Shown here piece by piece: positions 39,228 through 52,090 of a stretch of DNA of 64,000 nt (its first letter is position 1; each line of letters begins with the position of its first letter). This DNA comes from Malacoraja senta (Eukaryota): contig CM075988.1 in assembly GCA_038087875.1 (NCBI GenBank), positions 10,046,001 to 10,110,000 on the forward strand, in the 5' to 3' direction. The notes under the pieces were generated by a model. That model was not told the DNA's origin. It made no database searches and saw nothing but the letters and a program-made list of their open reading frames with translations. The translations under genes and the position numbers were made by a program.

Positions 39228-40125
39228 AAGATTAGCAAGTTTGCTGATGATACAAAAGTTAGTCGTTTTGCGGATCGTGGAGATGGTTGTGAAAGTTTGC
39301 AGCAGGATCTGGATCAATTGGCTAGGTGGGTGGAGGAATGGTTGATGGAATTTAATACAGAGAAATGTGAGGTGTTGCAGGACCTACACAGTAAATGGTA
39401 GGTCTCTCAGTAATGTTGTAGAGAAGAGGGATCCAGGAGTATAGGTGCATGGTTCCTTGAAGGTCGAGTCGCTGGTAGATAAGGTGGCTAAAAAGGCCTT
39501 TGGCACTTTGGCCTTCATCAGTCAGAGTATTGAGTATAGAAGTTGGGAGATCATGTTGCAGTTGTATAAGACGTTGGTGAGACCGCATCTAGAATATTGT
39601 GTTTAGTTCTGGGCACCATGTTATAGGAAAGATATTGTCAAACTTGAAAAGGTTCAGAAAAGATATACGAGGATGTTGCCAGAGTGTGTGAGCTATAGGG
39701 AGAGGTTGAGTAGGCTGGGTCTCTATTCCATGGAGCGCAGGAGGATAAGGGGTGATCTTAAAGATATGTACAAAATCATGAGGGGAATAGATCAGGTAGA
39801 TGCACAGAGTCTCTTGCCCAGAGTAGGGGAATAGAGAACCAGAGGTTTAAGGTGAAGGGGAAAAGATTTAATAGGTATCTGAGGGTAACTTTTTCACACA
39901 AAGGGTGGTGGGTGTATGGAACAAGTTGCCAGAGGAGGTAGTTGAGGCTGGAACTGTCCCATCATTTAAGAAACGATTAGACAGGTACATGGATAGGACA
40001 GGTTTGGAGAGATATGGACCAATAGCAGGCAAGTGGGACTAGTATAGCTGGGACATTGCTGGCTGGTGTGGGCAAGTTGGGCCGAAGGGCCTGTTTCCAC
40101 TCTGTATCATTATGACTATGACTAA
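39228..40125 (+). mobile_element. CR1 LINE 3' ~900 bp (RT C-terminal half to tail), fused to a truncated minus-strand V-SINE at 39005-39227
   Basis: KISKFADDTK...LQQDLDQLARWVEEWLMEFNTEKCEVL; LYKTLVRPHLEYCV; TATGACTATGACT tail. Confidence 0.9.
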
Positions 40126-43100
40126 CGCTCCAAACTCACATCCAGTAAAGATTAAAAAATAGTTGATGGTCCCTTTAAAAAGCCTTTCAAAAATCACAGG
40201 CTGTGACTCTTATCTTGCTGACATGCTTCATTATGGTGATGCCAACTGTCTACATCTAATGAACTTTATCTGGTCATTCATCAGCACGGACACTCATGGG
40301 CACAATGTGTACATGAACTCTGGATGCTAAAGTATAATTGCCAATTTTGTATAATTGGCACCAACATCATCTGAAAAGTGCACATCATGGAATCAGAGTC
40401 AGAGGTTATAAGTCTTGGGTTTTCTACAGTTTGTAAATATTCCGAAACATTGATAAAGACGAAGCATAAAACTGTAAATTGCTTCTGGTCAATTATAAAC
40501 CTCTCCTTAAAGCGAAGAGAATTTGTCAACCCAAGGTTGAAGGAAGCCACTCACAATCGAGTGATTGCAAACTGTTACCTGCAGAGAGTAAACAGCCATA
40601 CATAAAAAACAGGTGCTGAATGCACAACCACATGAACCCTCATTCCCTTCATTTTAAACAGCCTTTATTTTAGTTTAGTTACAGTGCAGAAACAGGCCCT
40701 TCGGCCCACCGAGTCCGCACCACGCACACTAACATTATCCTACACAAACTAGGGACAATTTACACTTACACCAAGCCAATTAACCTACAACCTGTACGTC
40801 TTTGGAGTGTGGGAGGAAACTGAAGGTCTCGGGGAAAACCCATGCTGTCACAGGGAGAACGTACAAACTCCATACAGACAGTATCGCTAATGATTTGTTG
40901 AACTATCTGCAATGCCAATGAAAGGCACCTCTCTGGATGTTTTAAGGGAGTAGCTCAACTTGAATTAAAGTGAATAAATTTAAAATTCCTCACGCTATTG
41001 ATCGACAAGACTCAGCAAAGCCAAAAGTGTGCAGGTATTGATTAGTGGGTTAAATGGAACCTAAACAGTGATGGTGTGTTTCCTTTTCTCCAGTTCCCTT
41101 CACAGAGTGATTCTCTTCTCTGGAATAATAAGTGAACATTCTGTGCAGAAGCCAAGAAGGCTTAAAAAGGTCACAAGTTACACACACTTGGAGTGTGGGA
41201 GGAAACCGGAGCACCTGGAGAAAACCCACGTGGTCACAGGGAGAACGTACTAACTCCACACAGACAGCAACCCATAGTCAGGATCGAACACACGTCTCTG
41301 GCACTGTGAGACAGCAACTCTACCGCTGTGCTACTGTGCCGCCCTTTGTTCTTTTGCCAATTTTAAATTCAGACTATGTAGTGACAGTGCATGCAATGAT
41401 ACGGCTAATTTTGTTTGTCCTTTTGAGTATCCTGGGAAGAGAAGAAACCCCGAGGGTGATTAATTCAGTCAGACTTGGGGGCACGGCCAAAGTTGAGGGA
41501 GGATTGTGCTTCCAGCGAAACATTATTAAAACCTAGGTATAAGATTGTGGAAACTCCAATGACACTGCGCAACCTTTCATCCATCATTCTGGCAAAAGCG
41601 GGAATGTTTGCTGACAGTCGCACAACGTTTAATTCTGTTCACAACTCTGCAGCAAATGCATGCAGTAAGACCTGGACAACTTCAGGCATGGACTGATAGG
41701 CGGTAAATAATGTTCACATCGCAGAAATGCCAGGTAGTCTCCAACTCCAAGTGTGAGTTTAACAACAGCACAGCATAGTAACAGGCCCTTCGGCCCGCCA
41801 TGTCTGTGCCGAACATGATTCCAAATTAAACAGCGATTCTGCCTGTACATGATTCAGATCTTTCCATACCCTGCATATTCATATGCTTACCTAAAAGCCT
41901 CATAATCTAACAACTTAACTGTATACTCTTAACATTCAATGGCATTGCCATTGCCAACCACCCACCATCAATGTTCTGGGACTCAACTTTGGTCAAAAAC
42001 TCTCCTGGACCAGCCACATAAATACAGTGGTTGCAAAAGCAGGTCAGAAGTTTGTTATCCTGGAGAGAGTGACTCAAGCCCTGACACCATCTTCAAGGCA
42101 CAGGTCCAAAGTGTGATGGAATGTTGTCTATTTGCTTGAATGAGTTCAATTCCAACAATACACAGGCACAGCTGGTAGAGCCGGGTTTGATCCTGATCTT
42201 GGGTGCTGTCTCTGCGGAGTTTGCATGTTCACCCTGTGACCACATGGGTTTCCTTTGGGTGCTCCTATTCCCTCCTACATCCCAAAGGAGTGCAGGTTTG
42301 CAGGTTAATTGACCTCTGTAAATTGCTCGTAGCTGGTGTGGATGCGGAAGTGGGAAAAATAGAACTACTGTGTAAGAACAAGGAACTGCAGATGCTGGTT
42401 TACAAAAAATTCAAAGTGCTGGAGTAACTCAATTGGTCAGGCAGCCTCTCAGGAGAACATTAGGTGTCATTTCAGGATGGTACCCTTCTTCAGTCTGATT
42501 GTTGGGGGATGTGGGGAAGCTAGGAAGGACAAGATAAAGCCTGGAAGGTAATCGGTGGATACGGGTGAGGGGAGATGGTTGGACAAAGGCCAGATGTGAA
42601 AAGACAGAAGGTGTGAGATCAAGGGATAGAAGGTTTACAAAATTGTGAAGCTAGAGGAAGGAATGTTGATGGAAGTGGGGGAGGGGAGGTGTGGAGAAAT
42701 AGATACGTCGAGGTGGGGTTTAGGGAATAGAGGGAAGGGGGGTGAAATGGGGTGGGTTGGTGTTTGTGGTTATCTAAAATCATTAAATTAGTGCGAATGG
42801 GTGATCATTGGTCAGCAGGAATTCAATGGGCTGAGGGGCCTCTCTCCAAGCTCTATCTTTCAATCAATAAATCAATCAATTAACAATCGCAACGCCATTC
42901 AAAATAAAGCAGCTTGGTCAACGAGCTCCCCCATCCACCACGGTAAATACCCAGGATGAAACAACAGGCTGGATTGGTAACATATCAAACAACTAACCAT
43001 TCATTCCTTTAATCCTGGCGCACAGAGCTGTGTGCACTGTTTTGGAGTTGACTTCAGCTACTCACTGGAACTATTCTGACTGCAACTCCAAAACCTGTGA

Positions 43101-43747
43101 TGACTACCATCAGGAAGAATACACCTGACATGTGGCAAGCCCAATCTCTGCATGTACTCTCCAATTTGCAACCCATGATGGCATGGAAATAATTTAACAG
43201 TTCTTGCATCATTCCTGCAACACCCCATCCAACAGCTCAGGTATAGTGGTTCTCAGCTTAGGTTTATTATCGTCACATGTACCAAGATGGAGTGAAAAGC
43301 TTTGTTTTTCATGCTATCCAAACAGATCAGAAATACTATATACAACAAGGTCTGCAGAGACATCATGAAGCATCTCACCATCTCCTTCTTAAGGACAAGA
43401 AAAGTTGGGCAACAAATGCTGGCCTTGCTTACGACAATCGTATTATAAAATATATATTTAAAAACAGCTCCTTGCACCCCTCTAAGTGTTTCTGCTCCTT
43501 GTGATCTTGTGATGAACCAAACTTAATATCTCTACCTCCAGCTTGTGGGAGGGTGTGGGATGTGGGAGGAAACTGGAGCACCTGGAAAAAACCCACACCA
43601 TCACAGGGAAATCGTACAAACTCCATACAGACAGCAGCCATAGTCAGGATTGAACCTGGGTCTCTGAAGCTGTAAGGCAGCACGTCTACCACTGTGCCAC
43701 CCTTAAATGTAACAATCATGTCAGCCATTAACTGGAAGGGCATACCT

Positions 43748-44066
43748 TTAGTTTAGTTTAGAGCTACTGCGGGGAAACAGGCCCTTTGGCCCACCGAGTC
43801 TGCACCAAACAGCGATCCCCACACATTGACACTATCCTACACACACTGGGGACAATTTTACATTTATACCAAGCCAGTTAACCTACAAACCTGTACATCT
43901 TTGGAGCGTGGGAGGAAACTGAAGATCTCAGAGAAAATCTACGTGGTCACGGGGAGAATGTACAAACTCCACATAGACAGCACCCATAGTGGAGATCGAA
44001 ACCAAGTCTCTGGCCCTGTAAGCGCTGTAAAGCAGCAACTCTACCGCTGTGCCACCATGCCGCCCC
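43748..44066 (-). mobile_element. V-SINE (HE1-like), full length
   Basis: (TTTAG)n tail through to the GGGCGGCATGGTGGCACAGCGG head on the minus strand. A further partial copy lies at 43556-43702. Confidence 0.85.
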
Positions 44067-44178
44067 TAGCCATACCTGAGTGATCAAGGACCTATCATGT
44101 CCCTACTGCCAGTAATTTGTACACTTATATGTAAATATATTTGTTTGTGACTTTGTTTGTGACTTTTACCCTCAAGCT

Positions 44179-44457
44179 GGGCAGCACGGTGGCGCAGCAT
44201 TAGAGTTGGGTTCGATCCTGACTAAGGGTGCTGTGTGTACGGAGCTTGTACGTTCTCCCCGTGACCACCGTGGGTTTTCTCTGGGCTCTCCGGTTTCTTC
44301 CCACACTCCAAAGACGTACATGTTACTTGGCTCGGTATAATTGTAAATTGTCCCTAGTGTGTGTAGGACAGCGTCAGTGTGTGGGGATCGTTGGTCGGTG
44401 TGGACTCCCAGGGCCGAAGTGCCTGGTTCCACATTGTATCTCTAAAATTAAATTAAA
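44179..44457 (+). mobile_element. V-SINE (HE1-like)
   Basis: GGGCAGCACGGTGGCGCAGC head, GGGTTCGATCC box B and V-domain. Confidence 0.85.
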
Positions 44458-46143
44458 ACAGATATAGTTAAAGGAAAGCAACGCAAAGTAAAAATGTTCA
44501 CACAAAGCCTGCTGGAAATTCAGAACTTCCTTGTTGAAAAAAGCTGTGGATGTTAGATGGACTGAAATGTATTGAGTTTCACAGTGAAATAGATAGAGAT
44601 TGACAGATTTTAATGAAGTAAGGATATCAAGGGATGTGGATCAAAGACTGGGGAAATGAATTGGCATAAGATCATCCATTGTCTAACACAATATTGGACC
44701 AGATTCATGGCATTCAATGCCCAGCTTGTCTCAAAGATCAGCAAGCTTAGCACCAGTAATCTATTATCGATTTTAATCAAGTTAGATTAATTAATCAAGT
44801 TTAAAATGTATATAGTTTTGGATTATTCAAATTGTTCTTTGTCCTTAATAATCAAAGTACTATTGCCTGATTTGTGATTATGGAACTTACTTCATTTTTC
44901 CACATTTTTTTCTTGACAAATTGTTTTTATCTTCAAATCTTATTCAGGTTGATCATGCAACCCACTGACTTTTAGTTGGAGATGAACATAATGCTGTATA
45001 ATTTCCATGATGAATTTAAAGTGAAGCCTAGTGAGAATTGTAGATTCAACCCATGGCTGCACAAGTGACAAGATCACAAGCGAAATATTGAGATTTGCCT
45101 TATAATTTTGAATAACAATGAAGTGCGTCAATATTCAAAATGAAGTTTGATATTAATTTAAAGAGGGAGATTGTAGGAAACAGACACTGGAGTAGATTAT
45201 TCAGCTTTTGTATCTGCTTTGCCACTAAATAGGGTTCAAGGCTGCTCACTTACCTTTGCACCCATTTTCCTATATTAACCCCATAATACATGATTCCCTA
45301 AATGTACCAAATGTATTTTTGTTGTTTATTATTGTGTTTACAGAGTACTATGTTTACATATCTGTTATGCTGCTGCAAGTAAGAATTTCATTGTTCCATT
45401 TTGGAACATATGACAATAAAACAATCTTGTCTCTTGACCACTAATTATATATCAGTGACTGAACAGCCACAGCCTTCTTGAGCAGAGAATTCAAAAAAAA
45501 TCGCTATCTTCCAAATGTTTTCCAGTCTCTATACTCAATACTCAATGGTTAATCCTTTAGAATGAGATAGTAACGACTGATTTGAGACATCCCTGTCAGC
45601 AAAAATGTTGGTCCAATAGGATTTATATACATTTCCTTGGGATCATATCTTCCCTCATTTATTCTCCTCTTCTAGTAGAAATTTCCAGCCCTGAGGATCA
45701 ACCTGGTGAACCTGCACCACAGATAGACACAAAATGCTGGAGTAACACAGCATCTCCGGATAGAACAGGCAATGTTTCGGGGCGAGTTCCTTCTTCAGAC
45801 TGAGAGTCAGGGGAGAGGGAAACACAGGGATAAGGAAGGGTAAGGTGTGAAAATGAGACCTCAAACCTACACCACACTTCCTCTTTTACTAGTATATCCT
45901 TTCTTATGTCAGCAGATCTGACCCGTGCACAGACCGATACCATATAAAACTTCAGAAGGATGTCTTTTATATAACAGCCAACATACCACTTCCCTTCACA
46001 ATTCTTTGTTGTTCTTTCGTGTAAATGCAGTGATTGGTGTACAATAATCCCCAATAGTATCACCAGTTTTCAATCACTCACCATTTAAAAAGCACACTGT
46101 TTCCCTGCTTCTCTCTATTGTTTAGTTAGCTATATTTAAAGGT

Positions 46144-46483
46144 AATTAACTGACAAACCTTCAGCCACAAAGAACTGTGAAGTAAATGAAACCGATGGAT
46201 GCTCTTGTGCAGTTGTCTTTACTCAATAGGAACTTGAGTTTTACAGCGAAAATCATGAACTTTGGCAATTGCTTGGAGGAGATAGAAATATGAGAAGATA
46301 TTTTGAAATTCCAATAACTTTCAGTGCAAGAAGCATTCTGGTCTAATAAAGATCACTTGACCAGACCTATCCAAAAGGTCTCCCTGGATGGTGCATAATT
46401 TTTCTCAGGTTTTGACTTTAGTTTAATATAGTTTAGAGATACAGCACGGAAACAGGCCCTTAGGCCAACAGAGTCCGCACCGA
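46144..46483 (+). repeat. Local direct duplication, copy 1 (copy 2 at 49625-49963)
   Basis: AATTAACTGACAAACCTTCAG...CAGAGTCCGCACCGA occurs twice, about 3.48 kb apart, with scattered substitutions. Confidence 0.95.
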
Positions 46484-46802
46484 ACAGCTTAATACTAGAC
46501 TAACTGGGACCCATTGGGTCCCATGTTCACAGGGGAGGGCTGGTCACCCGACGCAATATTCCACCTCTCCACCAATTCCAATATTGGTGGCCAGTGGGAG
46601 GGCTCTCTGGAGTGCTGGTATGGGTTCTTGAGGTGGCAGCTCAGTCCCTCAAGCCTGATGTGCTGGCAGCTCACTCACGGCTGGTGGGCTGGCAGTTGAC
46701 TCATGGCTATTCCTTGAAATTCCATTTCAAGCTGGGTGCAAGGCCACCAAATTCAAATCTGACCCGTGCACAGACCGATAACATATAAAACTTGGTTTTA
46801 TA

Positions 46803-47563
46803 TGGTGGCCGATTAGGAAAAGGGGAGATGCAGCGAGACCTGGGTGTCATGGTACACCAGTCATTGAAAGTAGGCATGCAGGTGCAGCAGGCAGTGAAGA
46901 AAGCGAATGGTATGTTAGCTTTCACAGCAAAACGATTTGAGTATAGGAGCAGGGAGGTTCTACTGCAGTTGTACAGGGTCTTGGTGAGACAACACCTGGA
47001 GTATTGCGTACAGATTTGGTCTCCAAATCTGAGGAAGGACATTATACCCATAGAGGGAGTGCAGAGAAGGTTCACCAGACTGATTCCTGGGATGTCAGGA
47101 CTTTCATATGAAGAAAGACTGGATAGACTTGGCTCTTCTCGCTAGAATTTAGGAGATTGAGAGGGGATCTTATAGAAACGTACAAAATTCTTATGGGGTT
47201 GGACAGGTTAGATGCAGGAAGATTGTTCCTGATGTTGGGGAAGTCCAGGACAAGGGGTCACAGCTTCAGGATAAGGGGGAAATCCTTTAAGACCGAGATG
47301 AGAAAAAACTTTTTTCACACAGAGAGTGGTGAATCTCTGGAACTCTCTGCCACGGAGGGTAGTTGAGGCCAGTTCATTGGCTATATTTAAGAGGGAGTTA
47401 GATGTGGCCCTTGTGGCTAAAGGGATCAGGGGGTGTGGAGAGAAGGCAGGTACGGGATACTGAGTTGGATGATCAGCCATGATCATATTGAATGGCGGTG
47501 CAGGCTCGAAGGGCTGAATGGTCTACTCCTGCACCTATTTTCTATGTATCTATGTATCTATGT
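46803..47563 (+). mobile_element. Young CR1 LINE 3' ~760 bp nested in the Helitron
   Basis: RDLGVMVHQSLKVGMQVQQAVKKANGMLAF...LYRVLVRQHLEYCVQIWSP...RGDLIETYKIL, with a (TCTATGTA)n tail. Confidence 0.92.
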
Positions 47564-47564
47564 A

Positions 47565-47972
47565 AATCCATTTTCCTACCATTTCAAGCAGGGTGCAAGG
47601 CCACCAAATCCAAGTGCAGTTTCTTAACACTTCGAGCAGGGTGCAAGGCTACCAAATTCAAGTGCAGTTTCCTACCTCTTCAAGCAGGGTGCAAGGCCAC
47701 CAAATCCAAGTGCAGTTTCCTACCACTTCGAGCAGGGTGCAAGGCCACCTAATTCAAGTGCAGTTTCATTCCACTTCAAGCAGGGTGCAAGGCCACCAAA
47801 TTCGTGCAGTTTCATACCATTTCAAGCAGGGTGCAAGGCCACCAAATTCAAATGCAGCTTCATACCATTTCATGCAGGGTGCAACACCACCACATTCAAA
47901 TGCAGTTTCATACCATTTCATGCAGGGTGCAAGGCGACCACATTCAAATGCAGTTTCATACCATTTCAAGCA
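47565..47972. repeat. 48-bp minisatellite, about 8.5 copies (one more unit at ~46720-46757)
   Basis: Unit approximately TTCAAGCAGGGTGCAAGGCCACCAAATTCAAGTGCAGTTTCCTACCAT, starting at 47583, 47631, 47679 and onward. Confidence 0.92.
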
Positions 47973-48830
47973 TGGTGAACCACCATAAAACCACCATAAA
48001 ACCACACAAAACACCAAACTCACAGTTCAGTAGACATTCAGTGTGTTCAGTTGATTCACAGCTCAGACAGTCGTGACCTCTCCCTCCCCCATCATGCAGA
48101 GACTGAGCCACACCCACACTTCCGGGTTTTATAACTTCTCCCCCTCCCACCGGAAAAGGTGTGGCCTTCACGGCATGATTGACAGGAGAGAGATTCTCAA
48201 AATTTTTAAACACTAATAACACTTTTCTTTTTCATTGATGGGAAGAACCCTCTGCACCTGTTGAGCGGATGGGGACTGAGTAAGATGGCCAAAAATCACA
48301 GCCATAAGTGGTAGCGTTTCATCTAAAATCAATATACAGTGCAAACAGGAAGTTACCCAAAGCACCCAAACCACCATTTGCAGTGGTGCCTTTTAACTTC
48401 AAGCCAAAGCACCCAAACCACCATTTGCAGGCAGTGCCTTTTTACTTCAAACCAACCAATTTTTCATTTTCAAACCACATTAAGGGGACTCACAGTTGAG
48501 TAGACATGTGTTCAGTGTTATTCAGAGCTCAGAGAGACATGACCCTCTGACTTCCTCCATCTTGCAGAGACTGAGTGAGGCACACCACTTCCTGGCTTTA
48601 TAGTCCCTCCCCCTCCCTCCAGCAGGGGCAGCAGAGAGAATGGTGAATTTTTAAAAAACATTAATATCTCTCTGATTTTTCATAGATGGGAGAAATGCTC
48701 TGGTCCAGGAAGGCGGGCGTGGGCTCTGAGCGAGGTGGCCAAAAATGACGGCCGTAGGTGGCGGCGTTCTCTCGGAAATCGCACCACAGTGGGCCAAAAG
48801 CGGTCAAGATCAGACGTTTAGTAATATAGA

Positions 48831-49128
48831 TAGTTTAGAGATACAGAACGGAAACAGGCTCTTCGACCCACAGAGTCCGCACCAACCAGCGATACCTTTA
48901 CTCTTACACTATCCAACACACAACGTGGACATTTTAAAAAACATTTTTACATTGATACCAAGCTAATTAACCTACAAACCTGTACGTCTTTAGAGTGTGG
49001 GAGGAAACCAAAGATCTCGGGGAAAACCCACAAAGAAGGTACAACCTCCGTACAGACAGCACCCGTAGTCAGGATCGAACCCGGATCTCTGGCACTGTAA
49101 GGCAGTAGCTCTACTGCTACGCCACCAT
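48831..49128 (-). mobile_element. V-SINE (HE1-like) whose tail was the Helitron target
   Basis: TAGTTTAGAGATACAG...CAGGATCGAACCCGG...TACGCCACC. Confidence 0.8.
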
Positions 49129-49624
49129 GACACAGTGATAAACATGCAGTGACAAATATAAATTTTGTGTGACTTTTTGATTCCATAAGTATTGAAAATA
49201 AATTTGAATTAAAAGTTTTGTAGAGTGCTCAAGGAGATGAGAAATGCTTTTAACTTCATTAAGCTTGCTTGCCAGCGTTTAGTGTCAGGATTGTGATAAT
49301 CCACAGTGTGGTTTACAGTAAGAAGATGGTCCCACTGGAGTCTGATTGAAGGCTGTTTTATTTCATTGATACGTTTATTAATCAGAGACAAGGTGATCAG
49401 GGAGGGTCAATGTTCATTTGACATATTCATTTAATACAGGAATATACATTTTACAACCTTCCAATGATTTGTGTTTGGGTTGACTTACTTGGGAAGGTGA
49501 TTGACAAACATAAATGTCTTGAAGATCTCATGTTTGTTTTAGATTATGGCAGATAATACACACAGGTAAAATGTATGTCAAATCTTAGCAACTGATAACT
49601 TGAATAGATTTAGAATTTAAAATG

Positions 49625-49963
49625 AATTAACTGACAAACCTTCAGTCATAAAGAACTGTGAAGTAAATGAAACCGATGGATGCTTTTGTGCAGTTGGCTT
49701 TACTCAATAGGAACTTGAGTTTTACTGTGAAAATTATGAACTTTGGCATTTGCTTGGAGGAGATAGAAACATGAGAAGATATTTTGAAATTCCAATAACA
49801 TTCAGTGCAAGAAGCATTCTGGTCTAATAAAGATCACTTGACCAGACCTATCCAAAAGGTCTCCCTGGATGGTGCTTAATTTTCCACAGGTTTTGACTTT
49901 AGTTTAATATAGTTTAGAGATACAGCACGGAAACAGGCCCTTAGGCCAACAGAGTCCGCACCG
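49625..49963 (+). repeat. Local direct duplication, copy 2, continuing into a minus-strand V-SINE (to ~50137) head-to-head with a plus-strand V-SINE (50149-50408)
   Basis: Direct comparison with 46144-46483. Confidence 0.92.
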
Positions 49964-51767
49964 ACCAGCGATACCTGTAATCTTACACTGTCCTACACAC
50001 AATGTGGACAATTTTTTTACATTTATACATTTATTAACCTACAAACCTGTACGTCTTTGGAATGTGGGAGAAAACCGAAGATCTCGGGGAAAACCCACGC
50101 AGAACGTACAAACTCCATAAAGACAGCAGCCGTAGTCATCATCGAGATCCAGAGACCCAGGTTCGATCCTGATTACGGGTGCTGTCTGTACGGAATTTGT
50201 ACGTGCTCCCCGTGACCGCGTGGGTTTTTTCCAGGTGCTCCAGATTCCTCCCACATTCCAAAGATGTGCAGGTTAGTAGGTTAATCAGCTTCTGTAAATG
50301 ACCCCTAATGTGTAGGATGCAAAACTGGGTCTAACATAGAACTAGGGTACGGGTGACTGTTGGTAGGCATGGACCTGGAGGGCCTGTATGCTGCATCTCT
50401 AAACTAAAATATACTAAAGATGCTCTGTAATCCGCTGAGCGTAGATTTGTAGCTAAATTGTCCCGTGGGTTTAGGATAGAACTAGTGTATGGGAGATTGG
50501 TGGTTGTTGTGGACTCAGTGGGCCAAAGGGCCTGTTTCTACACTGCATCTCTAAACTAAACTGGGAGCTCAGGTCACTAACATGGGCTGAATGAATGTGT
50601 TCCCCTAAGTGATTACACAATCTATGTTGATTTCTCCAATGGGGAGGAGACAAATTGTGGGCTCAGAGCTCAGTACACTGGGCGAGAAAACATGCAAGTG
50701 AAGGAGTGTTTGACTCTCGAGATGGTAGGATGCAAAGAGGTAAACATTAATTGTATTTGTCTCTCCGCAGATGCTGTCCGACCTACTGTGTAGTTTTGTA
50801 TTTTAAATGTTGCTGATGTTTGCTTTTAGAAAAGCAAGGTAAAATTGGCTCTGTATTCCTTGATCATAGCATGTCCAATAGGACATATAATTCAGAGTCA
50901 GTGTCATAGAACAATAGAGAGTGGAAATAGGCCCTTCGGCCCAACTTGCTCACACCGGCCAACATGTCCCATCTACACTAGTCCCACCTGACTGCATTTG
51001 GCCCATATGCCACTAAACCTGTCCTATCCATGTACAATCCCTGTCTAAATGTTTACCTGCCTCAACTACCTCTTCCAGCAGCTCATTCCATACACCCACC
51101 ATCCTGTGTGTGAGCTATAGGTAATGTTCTGGTACCACATATTCCAGTCGGCTGTTTGAGTAGCAATCTTCATGTTGCATCTATTAATACTCAGTTAATA
51201 GTCAGGTTTGATTAAAACCTTGTATACTTGAGGAACATGCTTGAAACTATTCAAGGAAACTTAGCTTGGAACTGTAATATATTAGACATGTCTGCTATTT
51301 AATGAATTTTTAGCTTGGATTCCAATTAAAGCTAACTGATTAAATTGTTTGATCTCCCTCTTCACTGAAAGGTTGCCATCGTAGCATTTACACTTCTCAA
51401 TGAATTATTGAAAATTCATTCATATTAGTGACAATATCCTAGACATTTGCTTTATTAAATGTTAACAGTGTCTTGCAAAAGTTGTCTGTTTAATGCTATT
51501 TCCTCAGTTTATAAGCAGTGTGTACAATCCATGGGATTAATAGTAAGATTAAACAAGAACTTACCAGTTTGAAGTTTGATCTTTATTTTATGAGGAGTTA
51601 CGTTGGTGATTACGTGAAGAACCCCGTCAGGGCGCATGCGCGTCAATCTTCAAAGCAGCGGTATGAAATCACAGACAACACCATAATTGAAGTAACATAT
51701 TAAGATGATCAACATGAGAACTACCATTATGACCTTTTTTCTATGAGAGAGGGTTGGGCGTGGCGGG

Positions 51768-51879
51768 CACGTAATCACCAACGTAACTCCTCATAAAATA
51801 AAGATCAAACTTCAAACTGGTAAGTTCTCGTTTAATCTTACTATTTTACTTCGGAGTCACGTGAATGACTACGTGAAGA
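51768..51879. repeat. DIRS internal complementary region (ICR)
   Basis: 51768-51845 is the reverse complement of 51539-51616 (1 mismatch). 51843-51879 is the reverse complement of 56241-56277 (1 mismatch). Confidence 0.95.
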
Positions 51880-52090
51880 TTTTAAAGCTCTGTGATTTTT
51901 ATGCCGCAGATCAAAATCCCGGCTTCTCACTGCATCGATTGACTCTGAGTATCATCAATAATGCTGTAAACATGACATTGCATATCATGCAAAAACAAAA
52001 CAGTTTTATTTTTGGTCATAAAACAACCAATAAACCCTCTTAATGTAGGGCAACAAACAAAACAGAATGAAACAGTATTGAAAACAGACT

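Larger units (their letters stand above)
46495..48830 (-). mobile_element. Non-autonomous Helitron with nested CR1 and minisatellite
   Basis: Minus strand: A|TCTATATTACTAAA at the 5' end and hairpin TGGGACCCAATGGGTCCCA, GTTAGT, CTAG|T at the 3' end. No TSD, inserted between A and T. Confidence 0.85.

Noticed and set aside
47565..47972. CRISPR-like regular repeat
   Set aside because: Contiguous tandem units with no unique spacers, in a eukaryotic context.
47492..48076. Repetitive ORFs (AGCKATKSKCSF / SSRVQGHQIQVQF / HFKQGARPP)
   Set aside because: Translations of the 48-bp minisatellite, open in several frames because the unit length is a multiple of 3. No evidence of a protein.
51541..51843. 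Stand-alone MITE or miRNA hairpin from the 76-bp inverted repeat
   Set aside because: Fully explained as the DIRS right terminus pairing with its ICR.
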